Origin: Catajapyx aquilonaris
Taxonomy: Eukaryota
Direction: 5' to 3'
NCBI GenBank assembly: GCA_000934665.2
Contig: JYFJ02001672.1
Coordinates: 1-64,000, forward strand
DNA: 64,000 nucleotides
This document shows positions 12,307 to 27,500 of the stretch, piece by piece (positions within the stretch are counted from its first letter, which is position 1; the number at the start of each line of letters is the position of its first letter). A model generated the notes under the pieces. That model was not told the DNA's origin and searched no databases. It saw only the letters and a program-made list of their open reading frames with translations. Both the position numbers and the translations under genes were made by a program.

Positions 12307-15300
12307 CCTTTAGGAGCAACCGGCAAAAATTTCACACGGTCAGTGGTTTTGGCGCTTATACATGTGACCAGCAAGTCCATTGCATTCTTGACCGCAGTTG
12401 GTAATAAAGAAAGCCAGTAGATGGCTACGATCACCTAATGCCATCTGTTGGCATAAAATAATGATCCGTATATGGCCTACGACATTTTGCTGACAAGAGG
12501 GAGACAGAGCGATTAATGGTCTGAAAGGCGCGGTTCCTTTGCTTGATAAATCTCGAGTCGGTGTGGTCAGTGGCTCTGCCAACATAAATCGTAACGGGTG
12601 AGCGGATCGTATCGCTGATCCTTAGGGATTCGAGATAAAGAAGCACATGCATAGGGGGTATTGGAGTGGAGAAAACTGCCAAAATGCAGAAGCCGACTCG
12701 GTGGAGCCGCCCAAATCGGCGCCAGCCCCGTGTTTTTGCTCCTGCATTGTTACTCCCAGGATCGATGACAAGCCGACCCCTATACTATTTTTTGTACAGA
12801 AACCATCTCGCTATAATATTGACGTATATCCGCACATATTGTATACTTAGAGGGTGTTTCTCCCCCTTACAGGAAGGTAAAGCTCCTGAATAAATTCATA
12901 AAGGCGTATGTGAAGGGGAGGGAATTTTTTTCGGCTAATACGTTCCCTTTGTTCCAGCTTGGCAATATAAGAAAGAGCTGCCTTTTTTATGGGCCTTTCT
13001 TCATACAGGATAAGTTACGTGGCTCGTAATATGCGTGCCGCTGTTTTCATAAGTTGCTTCAGAAAAGTTCTAATGTAATGAGCCAAGCTATTTTTTGTGT
13101 CAAAAATGAGCAAATTAAAGCTCCTTGATATATTATGCAGCACAACCTAATTCAACAATGCTGCAAAGACAGCGCAGAGTGCCTGTCCCCATGAATAATC
13201 TACGTTTGTACATACAGCTGAATTCGCCATTCCGTCAAAGGTTCAGCTGCACACGCGGTTTCCGACGATCCAAACTATCGGTGCTTACAACGGCTGAACA
13301 CCCTCTAACAATTTCAAGGCAGATAATAAACTATATGTATACCGGACAGTTAGTCTAAATAATGACGACCTGTCATTTTTGACCCGCCCACAGCGTGACT
13401 TCACTCTTGGCAACGTACATTTTACATTTGCTCCGTTGAAACCCGCCAGACTCCCCCGGAAAACCATTACCGAAGAACGTGATGCTGAATCAATTGTAAT
13501 CGAATCCCGTGGCGTGTGTGGAAAGGCTCTAGTTTGACAAATTCCGGCTTGGAGGAATGGTTCATCCGAATGGGAATTTTGTGGGAATTGCGGCTTGAGG
13601 AAATTCAGGTCTCTCTCTCTGTCACGCATGAAAATCTCCTAGATCAAGGTTCCCCCGAAAACAGCGCGAAATCTTTTCGCACTCCGTTTAGCATGCTTTC
13701 AGAATCGCTGCGGTTTGTGCTAACACATTTCTTGTCAGCCTTCAAAGCAAACTTGACCTGCAGACAGTGCAGAGTAGGTGAGTGTGTCCTTTAGACAACT
13801 CCCTCTCATTATTAATCAGTCGCGTCAAAGTAGGGATCAGTAAAGTGTAATATTCTGCTATGTTGTTCCATGTTTGTCAATAATAGCCGAGTAATAATCT
13901 GACTCAGTCAAAGATAATAGTGTCGAGGCAGCTCAACAGTTTCGAAATGTACCATGTAATCTATTCCAATATTTGTACAAGTAATTTGCAGGTATGATCA
14001 CATGTGTCGAATTACTTGGTAAAATTACCAATGGATCAGCAAGTTTACAGCAAGTTTTAAGGAGAAATAATGAACACAATGGGAACATAATCGGTGGTTA
14101 ATTAAGGGCAGCAGTGCTTAGATTGAGCGAGTACAGGGTGTGGAATATCGAGCAGTAGCAGTGACAAAATCACTGCCATGCAATTTTTGGCACACCACTA
14201 CCCCAGATAAATTAGGGCTCCGTACATAGACCAGTTGCATGCAAGATGTGGATACAGCAGCTAAAACTGATGATAAAACCGTACACATGCAGCGCAAATC
14301 CGCCAATCACGTTCGGCTTAATGGCTCCGAGAGCTCTTTTGCATTTGAGATTAACAGACGCGCTGACCTTCCCCTGCCTCCTGACGCTGAAACAATCTGG
14401 CACCCGGACTTATAACGCGTTAAAAATGTACGTTACACTATACCGGGGTTGGAACTCATTAGTGGATGTAATTAGGATACGAAGAAACTTGTGCAATCTT
14501 AGCCGTTTCGCATGGATTAAAGCGCCGGGGCATGAATATCTTATTCCGGAACAATTACTGAAGACGTCGGAAAGTTGCCATGCGGATGCCACTTCATAAT
14601 TCAAGTCGGGGATGTACGTCCGAGACTGTAAGTGGAGACCACGGGCAACCCCGGGGCCCGACCTTGACTCTTTATTTTTCTCCCTCCCAGCAGACTATAC
14701 AGTGGTATACATCCCCATCAGAGTCCTCCAGAAAAGCAGATTTGGGCTCCGGGAACGAGCTCCTCCGGAACAGAATTTCCTGCTAGCTAGTCAAATGCAA
14801 ACAAGCGGAAACGGCCGCTCCCGGCCGCCTATGCAAACACACATTTTTTCCCCCCATACATATACTGCACCCTCCACGACTTTTCCCCGGCCATTCTTCG
14901 TCAACTTCCACGTACTATTGCAGAAATTTTTGAATCAACTATTCACAAGCGAGCATTAAGCTTTCCGGTGAATTTTTAGGGCTGGATTTGCGATGCAGGC
15001 GCTGCAACATCCTATCTATTCATACAGGGTTGTGCCAAATAAAGGTTTTTGGTATTACACAACCATCACCAATGTACTGTGCCAATAAATAAATTTAAAC
15101 ACCTTTATTTAAAACATTGCGCCAGGCTGAAACATTTGGCATCATGTTCCAAGAAAAACAAGTACCGGTAACGTACACGTTACAATTACATGGATAAAAC
15201 TTGGCAAAAAAAAAGTGGGTGTGCGTGGCGCAAACCCAATTTTCCCAAGAGACAGAGAAAAACTTGGCCCCAGCGATTCAATCACCGCAATTTAACCGAA

Positions 15301-18300
15301 TCCGGGCTAACCTAGTTATCCCAATCTCTATGATAGAACTTACTGCATTATGTTGATCCGATTTACCTTCGGGTGGGTCGTAATTGAATGTCACCCGGTT
15401 TTGCAACTTTGCGTCCCAAAAATAATATCCTCTCTAAACGTCCGCTTATTAATGCGATCATGACAGCTGGGAGAACCGGAGAAGCCAGTTACTCTATTAT
15501 CGACTTTATATGCTTCCACTTCCTATACGCACACAAGCTGCACTCTATAATTTTCTTCTCTCAAAATGCATCAGAGAAAGTCTATAGGTAAAATGCAATT
15601 CGCAGATTTTGAGAGGGGAAAAAGGGCTAATTTTTATTATTAAATTTTCGTATGTTGTACCATTTGTAACTTATATGATACAGACACAGGTACTTGTAGG
15701 TCTGTAAAATCAAATCCCTCGTAGCCACGTCGAATTACTGTATCACCATGCGTAATTCCCTTTGATACCCATTGCGTCAAGCTCAGACGCACAAGCGATA
15801 AACAACTATAATTCTGTCTAATTAACACAAAGATCTAAATTAGTGATTATGAAATCGGGGATCAACTTCTCATTATGAGCGGCCTTTCAGACTTTTACAT
15901 ATTTATTACGCGACAACGAAACACGGTTAATGGGTGTGTAATTCAATTTGTACACCGTGCTTGGTCTGTACGGTACGATGTACACTGCTGGAAGAGCAAT
16001 GGAGTTGCTAATTGGCTGTCAGATTCTGCCGGACTTTGAAGCTCTGCATTACACTATTATTCGTGGGAAAAGGGCGATCCGATAATTCGGATGCTCTAGG
16101 GTCTAGGCTAGGTTTAGTCCTGCCCATTTCTCAGCCCAATGCACATATCACATCAAGGTCGTGTTCATTTTAAATTAAATACATGCTCAATAACCAGACA
16201 GCGTGTACCAAAGGACACCTCCACATAAAATGATCTTTCGGTATACCTACGAACTGACACTATAACTTTGTGGGAAATCACGAAACACCCTGTAGATTCT
16301 CCCTCTGGTTTCGTGTCAAAAGCAGAAGAAAAGAAAAGGAACGCATTCGGTCCGAACCGAGACGCATATCCGGAACGTGCGTAGGTTCTCAAAGGACCAT
16401 CCCCATCCATTTTGAAATTCAAAGTTCCGGGTGAAGTCCGGAGAAGCCTGGTAGGACGGACTCGGTTGTAATTGGCTTTCCTCCAGAGAGAACAAGACAG
16501 AAGAAGAAAAAGGAATGAAGAATAGAGGCTGCGTGCTTCTCATCTCGTCAGAAGTCGTTACAAAATTCGCCAAATCACGTTCCCTTTGAGAGACCGCCCG
16601 CCACCTGATGCCACTCTCCGAATGCCAAAATCCGGGGGGCCGTATCAATTCTGCCTCCGTATAATTAATCCCCTCTCATTATCATAACTAGCATGTGCAG
16701 GAAATAGTGAAGGCCAAACTATATAGGGACGTTAAGAGCAGCATTCGGGGCAAGCCTCCAAATGGCGCTTGTTACAAAATAGGCTTCCGTTGGGAGCTAT
16801 AGCACTGTAGACCCCGCGGTGCATGACATGAATTTTCTGGCCTGCAGAAAGTTCAAAGTTTGGACCTCCAGTCTCAGCACGATTCCTGAAATATTGTAAA
16901 TAACGACACGTGTATGAAAGGCAAAGCTGATTTGGCGCGAGAGCATTTTCTGAACGCCTGAGCTCGTATAGTCTATCCTCTAGATCTCATTACGACGGGG
17001 TATTCTTTTCTGACACGGAAGCGTAATATCACGAGAGTCAAAAATTTCTCGTGCAGATAAAGAAGTTAAAGTTATTGTCATTTAATAGTATCGTGCAGTC
17101 GCTTGACAATATGATTGATAAGTTTCCACGCCCAGCATCATTATCTACACCTGAACATGTGACGTGGGTCGGAAATGGCTTTGTTCGTTCAAAGTGTTAA
17201 GTTCATTTTAAGAAGTTTGTTATAAAGTTGGGTATATCACACTTCAACGAGAAACTGTAATTCTCTAGAGATGTAGCATACGGTACATAGTTTTTGAATA
17301 TGACGCAAAAATCGGAGTATAAGAATTCTCCTAATATTAATCGACTTTTCATAAACTACAGAAAAGTATGATGTAAGAAACTTTTACGAGCCTCATTAAA
17401 CGTTGAATGAAATATAAGCCGGGGAGCTCTGCATATTCCGTACTGTAGATCGATTCTGAGTTGTACAGTGGAAGCCAACTTTTGCTTTATACAATCTACA
17501 AACAGGCCAACGCAAAAATTAAAATTCGTTGTTTACACTACGACACATTTCAACTTCCCACGCAATCCTCACAGTTCAATTAATGCTTAAGACAAATAAA
17601 TCGATCAAAGAAGGGCCATTTTTCACTCCGATGTTTACCAGTTCCAGACACTTCATGAGATGGTGTTGATTCACACACTTCAAGAACCGTTGAAAAGTGC
17701 ATATCGATCAGTGACTCAGTCGGACTAGAGTAATAGACAACTATAGTTCAAGGGCAGTGCATAAACCTTTCATTAATATCCTATAATCAACTTATGGCTC
17801 AAAATCATTCGATTTCCTCTACACAAACACAGAGAAGAGTGATTTGCTACTTTCTCCTGGGAACGCAGAAAATGAAACAGTTGCTGCAACAATGTGGCGC
17901 GAGTGTGAATTTCCCATCCGTTCTCCATGCTATATACCGGTACCGATGAAGTTCTACCAAACGCCCAATCAAGCCATTAACTCCAATGAACTCAATGACG
18001 TCAGAGACAGCACTCTTTACGTCATTAGTTGTCAAGTTTCCAACTACTACTTTTTTTTTACCGTCTCGACTGTTTCTTTAGCCGCCTCTTAAATGGCCCC
18101 TGGCTTCATCTTGAAACGGACCGAGACAAGAAATCCAATTGGGTGCAAGTGAGGCGATCGACGAAGTAGCTAAATCTTAGCAAGGGGAATGAGAGTGGCC
18201 GTCAAGTGAATGAGGGCAAAAAGGACATCACCGACGCAGTTAAACTGATGAAGAGACGCGAATAAGGGGGCCACACTGCATTCCGGATCAATCTGACAAA

Positions 18301-19238
18301 CAATTTAATTTCCGGACAAAAACGACAAAAATTCGCTTCATCCCCAAGACCTCCAGCTGAGGACTAATCAGAATTTGTGTGCTGTAATCTCCCCAAGGCG
18401 ATTCTTCTGGTGCCCTATTTGTGTTTAGTTTTGCCGAAGCCCTGAATGTCTCTCGGAATTAACTATAGGTGACTAGTGGTTATAAATAAGCCAACTTTTC
18501 ATTATTGTTGATATGTACTTATTTCATTGGTTTGGCGGTAGTCTTGATTAATATTAATGTAGGTCTAACCTTTATGCTTTTAAACTGCGACGTACCTGAA
18601 ACATTCTATTAGAGTTGAAGTGAAAGGCTATACAAAAAGAAGGCCCCTGGGCCTACCGAAAGTGCATTTCTTGTCCGCCCCCTACAGCCCGCTTCTCTTT
18701 CAGAAGCTCAATTACCCTTACGGATCTGCCGGGGAACCGTTAGCGACTTTCACTTGCCTCCACCTTTTACACGGACACATGTTTACACCCGAAGAAAGGT
18801 GAAATATACGGTTTTATTTTTAATCCCGAGGGGGTAAGAGGGATGACGAATCAAGTTTTCGAGACTCAAGAGTGCATTACAAGCGCAATGGACTGCAATG
18901 TTGTCGTCTTCCGTCACAATGACCACATTAGGGCTCCATCCTGGTAGGAAACAAAATTCAGGAAGTCAGGCGCCAGATTAATGGCCTGCCATCTTGATAC
19001 GGGTCATTTAACCTCCTTTCTAAGATTCTAACCCGGAGCCATCTCACATTAGTCAACCGGTCGTAAATATTTTCCTGCCAATTGTGGGAAGATCGGAAAA
19101 GGGGAAGTTCAGTCCAGAGTATTCCTGCGTCATTCGCACGTCAAACTCGCCAGATCGGTAACCCTATATCATGTTAAGAAAAAATTAACAGTTTTCCTAA
19201 GGTACTAACATGAGTCGATGAGGCTACAAGGTTCAGGT

Positions 19239-19330
19239 CGGTATATGATAAAACCAGGTTTCTTTCGGAAAATCCCTACACATTTGTATGGATTTTCCTT
19301 AAGTGAGAAACCTGGTTTTATCATATACCG
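19239..19330. repeat. Short palindromic/hairpin element (MITE remnant)
   Basis: cggtatatgataaaaccaggtttct...agaaacctggttttatcatataccg inverted repeat, with inner ggaaaatcc/ggattttcc arms. Confidence 0.7.
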
Positions 19331-22300
19331 AGCTCGGTGAAACAGGCCCTTAGTCTCACTCTCTTTCTTTTTTTTTTTTTTGACAAATCGATCTGTAGGC
19401 CTACAAACTAGTATCGATACATCAATATCTCTGGGTCCCGATATTCCAGAAAAAATTTTGGCCCCGCAAGTACTGCTGTAGAGCCACGGCAAAGTGAAAA
19501 TTGCCACATAACTGATCTAATTACTAAGAATTCGGAATTTTCGGACGTTTCTAGCATATTGTGGCATTGCAGCTATCAGTGTGCCTATTTTATGATATCT
19601 CAGTAGTCTTAAAGCGAGTTAGAGAGTAGGACAAAGGAACATACAAACGTAGTTTGTCCTTTATATGAGGAGATGGACGGCGTCTGTTCAGTACGCAACC
19701 TCAACTACAAAAGCCATGCCTGACAGGTGCAAAAATTCGCAATCAAGACTAAATTGCGAGCTTCCTGCTCCCACACAAGGTGCCCTTGTTAGTGATGCAA
19801 ATCAGGAATCCCGAGATCCGCATCAGTGAGCCGTAATCCGTACTCATCCACTCCCTTTTAGAAAAGGACCTTCTCTAAACCTCAAGTCCATTTCCCGGTC
19901 GTGGCCACCACCACGTCTCGCCCAACCTTTGGCTCTCCACGTTTCCACTTAGCCCGCAAAATCGACTTATCCTCCCCCGCCACCGAAACGCGCAAGTTTA
20001 CCCTGGCTCAATTATAGCATCGGTCGGATTATCCCGCTACGGATTACGCCGCGGTGACTCCGTGAGAGATAGGAGCGTGTCAAACTCCCACCTGGAGTCT
20101 GTTTTAGGAACAGAGGGAAAAAAAGGAGGAGATTCTGCCAACCCGGATAATCTCGTTGCGGGAAGAAACTTTCGCATGTCGTGTCCGCAAAGCCTCGGAA
20201 GCACCGGATGCACGCTACGGGGTCACGAATCAAAATTGAATTCGGTTCCTCCGCCTTCGCCGCACACGACGTGTATAACATGGTGCAAAACGCGTTTGAA
20301 GTGGCAAAAATTAGAAGCATATGCCACATGCAGGCGTAGGCGGGTAAAGGGGGGAAAAAAATCTGCGGAGTTTTCGAGCATTAACTTAGCACGCATATCC
20401 CCACAGAGCTATTTTCCTGCGCATACTTGCAACAGCTCTCTTATAATAGTTCCCTCAGCTCCGACTATACCTTGAATAAGGCTTTTCGTATGAGTATGGC
20501 CAATGACGGGACCATACAATTACGAATGGTACCTCATTACGAATATTAATTCATGACTAATGAATTGAAGTGTTTGAAATGGGGAGAGAATGTAGGCCGA
20601 GTGGTGGTTGAGTAAAATTAGAATGGAGCACACTCTCTAAGTTATTTAGAATGGAGCTTCACTATTTCTACACTTGAAAGAACACCCATTCCTTTTCTTG
20701 CCCAGCAACTGTCTATTTCAGTCAATTATTAAAGTACTTTTTCCTTACTTTATTTTTTTCATTTAATTACACGTATTATAATCGAGTTTTTGGGTACAAT
20801 GAGAAAAACATCCACAAAAACACTAGGCGCTATTTCAAGTGCCGTAATATGCCGAGTAATGGCATAATAGTGCTCTGCTGACTTATTTCACATGTTCATA
20901 AGTTCCTTCATAAACAAGATGTTGCTGAAAAAGCGTCAGACACACTCGTCATAGGTTACAAAACAGAAATCCATAATAGCCACTAAATTCCTGCAATTAT
21001 TGAGACTCCGGATTGATAAGCGTAACTTGTCGCAATATAATCCGGATTTGAAGTACAATAGAGAAGCACTTTCCCAAAGCGCCTGTCAAACTTCATGGTG
21101 ATACTTTACAAATGGTTGCCTTCGAAAACCGCAGCATCCTCTCCAAACTTCTTTAGGCAACCAGAATTGAATTGGCCCATAATGGGTTTTCCGAGACAGA
21201 CTTTTCTATTTGTCAATTGTACAGAAAATCCGGGGTTCTCAAGAGTGTCTAGTTTCAGCATAATGCGTCTCGTCGCCGATTTATAGGCTTGTGTCAAACC
21301 GGATCATTTTACATCGTTATTCCCTTTGAAGGGCAAGGAGAACTCCTATTGTCCCAAATCTACGCCAATTGTTGCCAAAACCAATTCGTTCGTCGAGTTA
21401 CATCGTAATCTCTCATTCTAAGACGCAAAAGGTAAACCATCTGAACACTTTCATCTTCTGTCAATTACGTCGTTCGAGAAAGCTCGTGTCAACAGGTATA
21501 TGACCTGTTTCACACTGCAGATGTGACACAGAATCTTCAATACCACCTGTAAGCCTAAAGGGAAGTCTACCATGCAGGATACGTTATATCATAAGTTCAT
21601 AACTTTTATATGAGTGTTCGGCAAACGGCGAAATAAAAATTGATGGTGAACTTGTACCTGTCAAGGACACCCCTGATATGCATATGAAATACGCAAGGCT
21701 GTATATTTCCGTACCGAAAAGTAAACCATGATCGATGCATTGGCTTCCTCCGACCTGACAACCCAAACCGGCATTACAATGGCTAAAAAATGGCCCTTTT
21801 ATCAGGGCGTGGGAAACGCAAATCTGGCGACAAACCAACGTTACCTCTCTAAACAGTGATGAATAACTGGCATTCGCATTTGGCCTAATCCTCCGTTTAT
21901 GGCCAGACAACGACGAAGGCGTTGATAGTGAACAAAACGGATTGCCAGTAATCCCCCGTTAATGCCCCCCATAAAGCCTGCTCAACACACCCCTCCCATG
22001 CAAATTAATTCTCAAGATCCCCACCTCCCACTGCCCGTTTTTTATTCGACCTCTCCCACCAATTACAACTAACATGACGGAATCTGATCACTCTATTTCT
22101 CTCCCGGTACTTTTACGGCGTCGAGTTCATGTCCTTTTTTTTTTTACAATCCGGTGACTGCCCCTAGAACGTGTTAACCAATCAGGTGAGGCGATTCATC
22201 TCGTTTAAAGTGACGGGGAGGCGAGTAAAGGCGCGGGCTTTTTAAGTGTTCGCGCCCAAACTTTCCGCAAAGTGTTGACTCGAGCCTCGTTTTCACTGGA

Positions 22301-23653
22301 GATCAAACACATGGGGGTCGACTATCACAAGCCGCAGCATGTTGACTTATATTCCCGTTTTTTCTCTCTTGTTTCCTCTCTGCCTTGGCCAATCGATTCT
22401 TATCCGCATGGAAATCTACCATCATCTTCAATATACCTTTCCTATTCTCTCTACGGCATTCTAAAAGCTTCCATAAAGTTTGTCGGAAGTATTATGAAGT
22501 TTTTTCCGCTGCGATCGTTCACACAAAAAATAATCAGCAAGATCATATTTCCCGCGAGATCTATATATTTCTGGTGAGAACACAATTGACGCGTGATATT
22601 TGACAGTTGAGATGTTCACTGCTCCGAAATGGAATGCAATCTAGTGCGATGTTACAGTAACCTAATATATATCGTTCCTGCATGAAAGCCCAAGTCAAGC
22701 AGTAGACCTTCGAAATAGCATTAATTTAATAACGTGAATGGCCTGAGGCGGCATTGTATTGCATTTCCGCTAGACCTCGCGGCAATATCCATGCATTGCA
22801 TTCAACTAATTGCAAATGAACTGTGACGAATTATGCAAAAACAACGGCGCCCCCACAAAAATATGTAGTGCGTAGTGCATTGGGCAATCATTACACATTA
22901 ATGAGTTTTCAAAGCTCACAAAAAATTGAATTCAGCGATCTTGCCTAGTCTGACCTGGTGAATTAATATAGAAAAATAATAAGAAAATACAATCATGAAG
23001 TATTTAATAAATATGGGTTCAAAGCCAATTCGAATTTCTTCCATTATACTGTACAGACTGAGTGTATTATCTCTGCCTTTTGCAACTATTTAAAAATGTC
23101 ACATCCCAAAATGTTCCATTCGAAAAAATAGCAATTCTCATTGAGGCCAACAAGAACATCTGAAAGTGTCAGTGGCAATGCCTCACGTTTCGTGAATTTG
23201 CATGGTGTTGACACCTCCTCAAATTATACTACAACTACTGTAAAGTTTGCAAAAGTTCCCGAATCACTCCCCGCATACTCCTGACCAAACTATTTGCCCA
23301 CTCCACATGTCAAAGAGGTAAATTAATTTTGATTTAAAAAAAAGCAAAGTAAGCTTAAATGAATATCATAGAAAGTAACTTCGATGATTTCAAGCCATCA
23401 ATAAATGATTGAATAAATGCGGGCCGAAACCCACCGGGCAAACACATGGTCACTCACACATCAAAATCGAATTATTCCGCATCGACAAATTTTACCCAAT
23501 ACGCACCGCAATTTTTCATCAGAATTCCTCCCAATAACTGACTCCCCCAAAAAACCAACGCGCTATACAACTCTGACATGTTTTTCGCGCCAAACAAATG
23601 CAATGGACTTGCTGTCAAACACCCTCATTGAAGAGTCAAGAAAGATTCGTTAC

Positions 23654-23794
23654 CTGAATGTCGTGTGAAAGAAGACTTAATGAGAGACGGAGTCGACTTG
23701 CTGTATGTTCGAGGCAATTGGATCTGGATGGAAAGCTGCTATAGATGACTCTAAAGAGGGTTTGCTTTTTGGAGGCGCCGGCGTCTCTTTTATA
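23654..23794 (-). promoter_or_regulatory. Candidate proctolin promoter (TATA) plus non-coding exon 1
   Basis: TATAAAAG on - at 23794-23787, a ~110-nt exon, and a CAG|GTAACG donor at 23654/23653. A CRE-like TGACGTCG (~23887-23894), CCAAT (~23841) and CACGTG (23951) lie upstream. The proctolin ATG is immediately preceded by an acceptor (ctaaag|gATG, 12308), so an upstream UTR exon is expected. Confidence 0.55.
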
Positions 23795-24457
23795 GGAGCA
23801 GTGTTGGAAGGGCGTCGGGAGCGTCGGATAGGGGGGGCGTCCAATCAGATGCGGGAGAGATGGGGAGAGGGGGAGGGGGGTCTTCACGACGTCATTTCTG
23901 CCAGAATGTTGGTGGACCATTGGACACCCACGCGTATATTCAGGGTAGCCCACGTGGAGGTGCCTAAATTTTGGGACCCTCAACCCTGGACAGAAGAATG
24001 CGTCATCTCTTCGGCACTTTTTTGTGCTGGCCAGCAGAAACCAACAGTGCTCAACTTTTTGCGGCGCCAACAAAACGTTCGGATGTGGGCATTTTGTATC
24101 AACAGCTTTTGTTCTTATCTTCCCGATGGATTGTGTGGGACGAAAAGAATAGAAACTGCAAGGCAATAAAAGCTTGCCTGTCACAAAAACAGGGAGAGAT
24201 AAACGGTGCTATTGGCCTGCGATGCCAAGGCAATTTGAGGCATACAGTCGCCTGACAATCACAACAACGCCTGGCGTACCGATAATGTACGTTTAATGCA
24301 ATTAAATTACGAAATCATTCGAGTTTCATAACAGAATTAGCATAAACAACAGTTTCAGGTGATACTATAGGAGACAGCATCAGTTAAAGCCTACTCGAAT
24401 CAGCTTGTTTTCAGCACGATCACAGCAAGTTGTAACAGTGGATTATTATTCTTATTC

Positions 24458-24458
<1 letters not shown>

Positions 24459-24532
<74 letters not shown>
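24459..24532. repeat. (AAT)n microsatellite, ~24 units
   Basis: Directly visible. It explains the poly-Ile ORF 24400..24621. Confidence 0.97.
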
Positions 24533-24533
<1 letters not shown>

Positions 24534-27500
24534 ATATCACTTCCGGATGGTGATGCCGGCAATCAGCAAATTTTTGACACTCAGATGTAACTTTAACATT
24601 GTTTAAATAGATTAAATTCATAACCTAACATATTGTCGAAAAAGCATCAATATTAAAGCTGATAAGGAGCACAAAATTATTTTTGATGTACCAGTTACAC
24701 TGCTGAACAGCTGCCACAATACATGGGACCAGCTTGAAGTAATGGACTTAATCACTCTGTGTATATCACAACACATTATGTGGCGCAGCTTCAGGCGACT
24801 GCATGGCATAATGCATTCATATTACACCACAGATTGCAATATTGTAAAACATGCGAATAACGGTATTGTGAACACTAAATCCGACCGTTTTTTAAATCAT
24901 CCTCCCAGCAGATTATGATTGTTTTGTGGCCATGAAAATCGCCACCGTGTCAACCCCAAAACTTTTCAATGAAATGACGTCAAAGCTAGCAAAAGGTTTC
25001 GGGAGCATCCGCAACTGCAGTCAGCAGTTGCAGGATCCATTTGGAAGCCCGCCAACAAATGCCATCCACCCCCACCATCAGCCTTGGCTCTTCTTTCCTC
25101 CATTTCCTCTCCTCTAAAATGGACCAAGACGCCCCCCCATCCTCCTCACTCGGCAATGGCATACATGCAGTATACCGTAACGATCCCGAGATGCGGACCT
25201 CATCATCATCGCACCTCCGGTTCCAGACCAAGAAAAAGACCATGATTCGGAAGCATACTCACGTCCGACCACTCTTTACTTTGCAAATCGACCATTCCTC
25301 CCTAAAGGAAGATGGAGGGGTGCTCCAGGCCCATTTCGACAAAGAAGGAAATATGGCGCACCTGCCAACATGCCAAATGAGATTACAGGCAGCCTTCAAC
25401 CTAAGAGATGTAGAAGTGCTGGCGGGCAACAGGTGAAACCGACTCCAACCTTCTCAGATTGCTCCCAGGAGCCACCTTTAAAAATGCCTGACAAGCAAAT
25501 ATGACGATACAAAATGGTTGCAAAAAAAAGTTCCTTGAAAAAGAATTCCTTGGGCAAAATTACTCTAGTTGATTTTAGCGAAGATGCCGAAGTAAGCTAA
25601 TTTTTGTTATGTTACCAAAGGGTATACCATAGGGGGGAAATGAAAAAGTAAAGGGCATCCATCCCTTTAGTAAAGAGCCGGAACTAACTCAATTTTTCAA
25701 GACTATAATTTTCGAAAAAAAGAAAAAAAGAAGGGTGAAATCCGGCTGGAGACGAGGTTATTTTGCTTCCTTTCAATCCAATGTTTCTTTTGGTCGACCC
25801 AACAAGAAAGTCTGAACAACTCCATAGTAAGTCATAAGTTTGGCGTTCTGGACAAAGGAAAGGGCAGACGGGTACAGTATGGAGACAAAGTTTTCAACTG
25901 GAAAAATAAAACGTAATATTCATGGCTTATCACAGACATATTCTGAATGGTAGCCTATATGGTTGTTAAGCTTTGCAGCAGTTCGCAGCAGAAGTAACTA
26001 GCCGGTTATTTTTTACTCGCGGTTGTCAGGTTGTTACAGGAACTGTGTAGTTCTTAAACGACAACGGTAATGGATTTCAAAATTATCGGAGTTACAGAAA
26101 CCGCAACAGGCAAAGTTTATGTTAAGATCAATATACTGGAGTTTACTGAGAAATGATAATACTATGGCTCGTTAACAAAGCAGGAATCGGCTTTCGCTTC
26201 ACTGTGGTTATTACGAGTAATAACTCGAAAGATATGCCACTCGAGCATTACAGGAATGTGCTACTTTTCTTGTTTTGATGATCAGGTATTCAGGCCAAAG
26301 CAAATGATTTGACAGATAATATTAAATGTGTCTGGCGTGCCATGTAGGCTACTATAAGCTCATACCTAACCTACATACCACTGGTCATATTATCTTAATA
26401 TTTGATATTGAAATTACTGGAATTGTTAAATAACATTCAGAACTCATTACCACATACCCCATAAACGTATGGATGAGCCTTTATAGAAAAGAGATAGAAC
26501 AACTATCTTGTGAAAGACGTGACCGTAGAAACCATATTTAACTTCCAAATATGGTGAAAGTAGCAATAGTATGTGCACTCATGTGATCACGATTAACTTG
26601 GAATAATGACTACAACTACCTACAGGTCTACACTGTGAGTGCTTTGCAATATATTCTGTCAATTGATTCTACATAACTTTCGTTCATTACCGCGAACTCA
26701 GTTACTTCAACGAGCACATACTAAAATAGCAGCTGAATTTGATTACTAGAAAAAAAAACTGACACATGAGGGGTATGTGGCTCACATGCTAGATCACAAA
26801 CTTTTTATCGGGGTTATACAAGGCCACACATTCATATTGCGCTTGTATTTGAGCCGATTTACATAAGTTTTGTTTTACTACGTGAACATTTGCAATTTCA
26901 ACAGTTGTGCCTGTCAACCTGCGCAATATTGCAGGGTTTTTTTTAAAAAAAAGGATCGAACATACAACTCGGCTTTGTTCATCTACACTTTGATCAGCAG
27001 CGACGTAGAATATAATTGAGGCGGTCAGGTGTAAACCCCGTTGTGACATTTTTGCTATCACCAGTTTGGCGCACCGGAAAAAATAAAATGAATACGTTAG
27101 GGGATTCTCCTTTGACACAAAGTTTTGCAATAATCAACTGCATACATTATACAGGAAAGCGAACGTTCCGCCAAACTCCTTTATGGTGCCAAAACCTCCC
27201 ACCTACTATTGCCAGTCCAAAATGTATTTTACACTCCCAATTTGCGCAACTTCTCTCCTTCCTGCGTCACAACTTTGGCCAAGATGCAGAAGACTAATCC
27301 AATCCTCTCCCTTCGCTCGATCCTTCCTCGGACATGATCAATGCCCACGCTTTCCCCTCCAAAGTTCAGAATCCCTTTGAACCCAAAACGGCAGAGGAAG
27401 AAGGGGTTCCACGTACCGATTACTGTCTCTTAAAGCCCCAGCAAACAGCGAGGAAAGTGGGCCTCTTTTGGCAAGAAGTGTCGAGAGGCCTCCTGCGACT

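Noticed and set aside
12091..12420. Plus-strand ORFs 12091..12420 and 10791..10982
   Set aside because: Antisense shadows of the proctolin exons.
23636..24255. 154-182 aa ORFs on both strands
   Set aside because: No domain-like content. They overlap the GC-rich candidate promoter.
24400..24621. Poly-Ile ORF
   Set aside because: Translation of the (AAT)n microsatellite.
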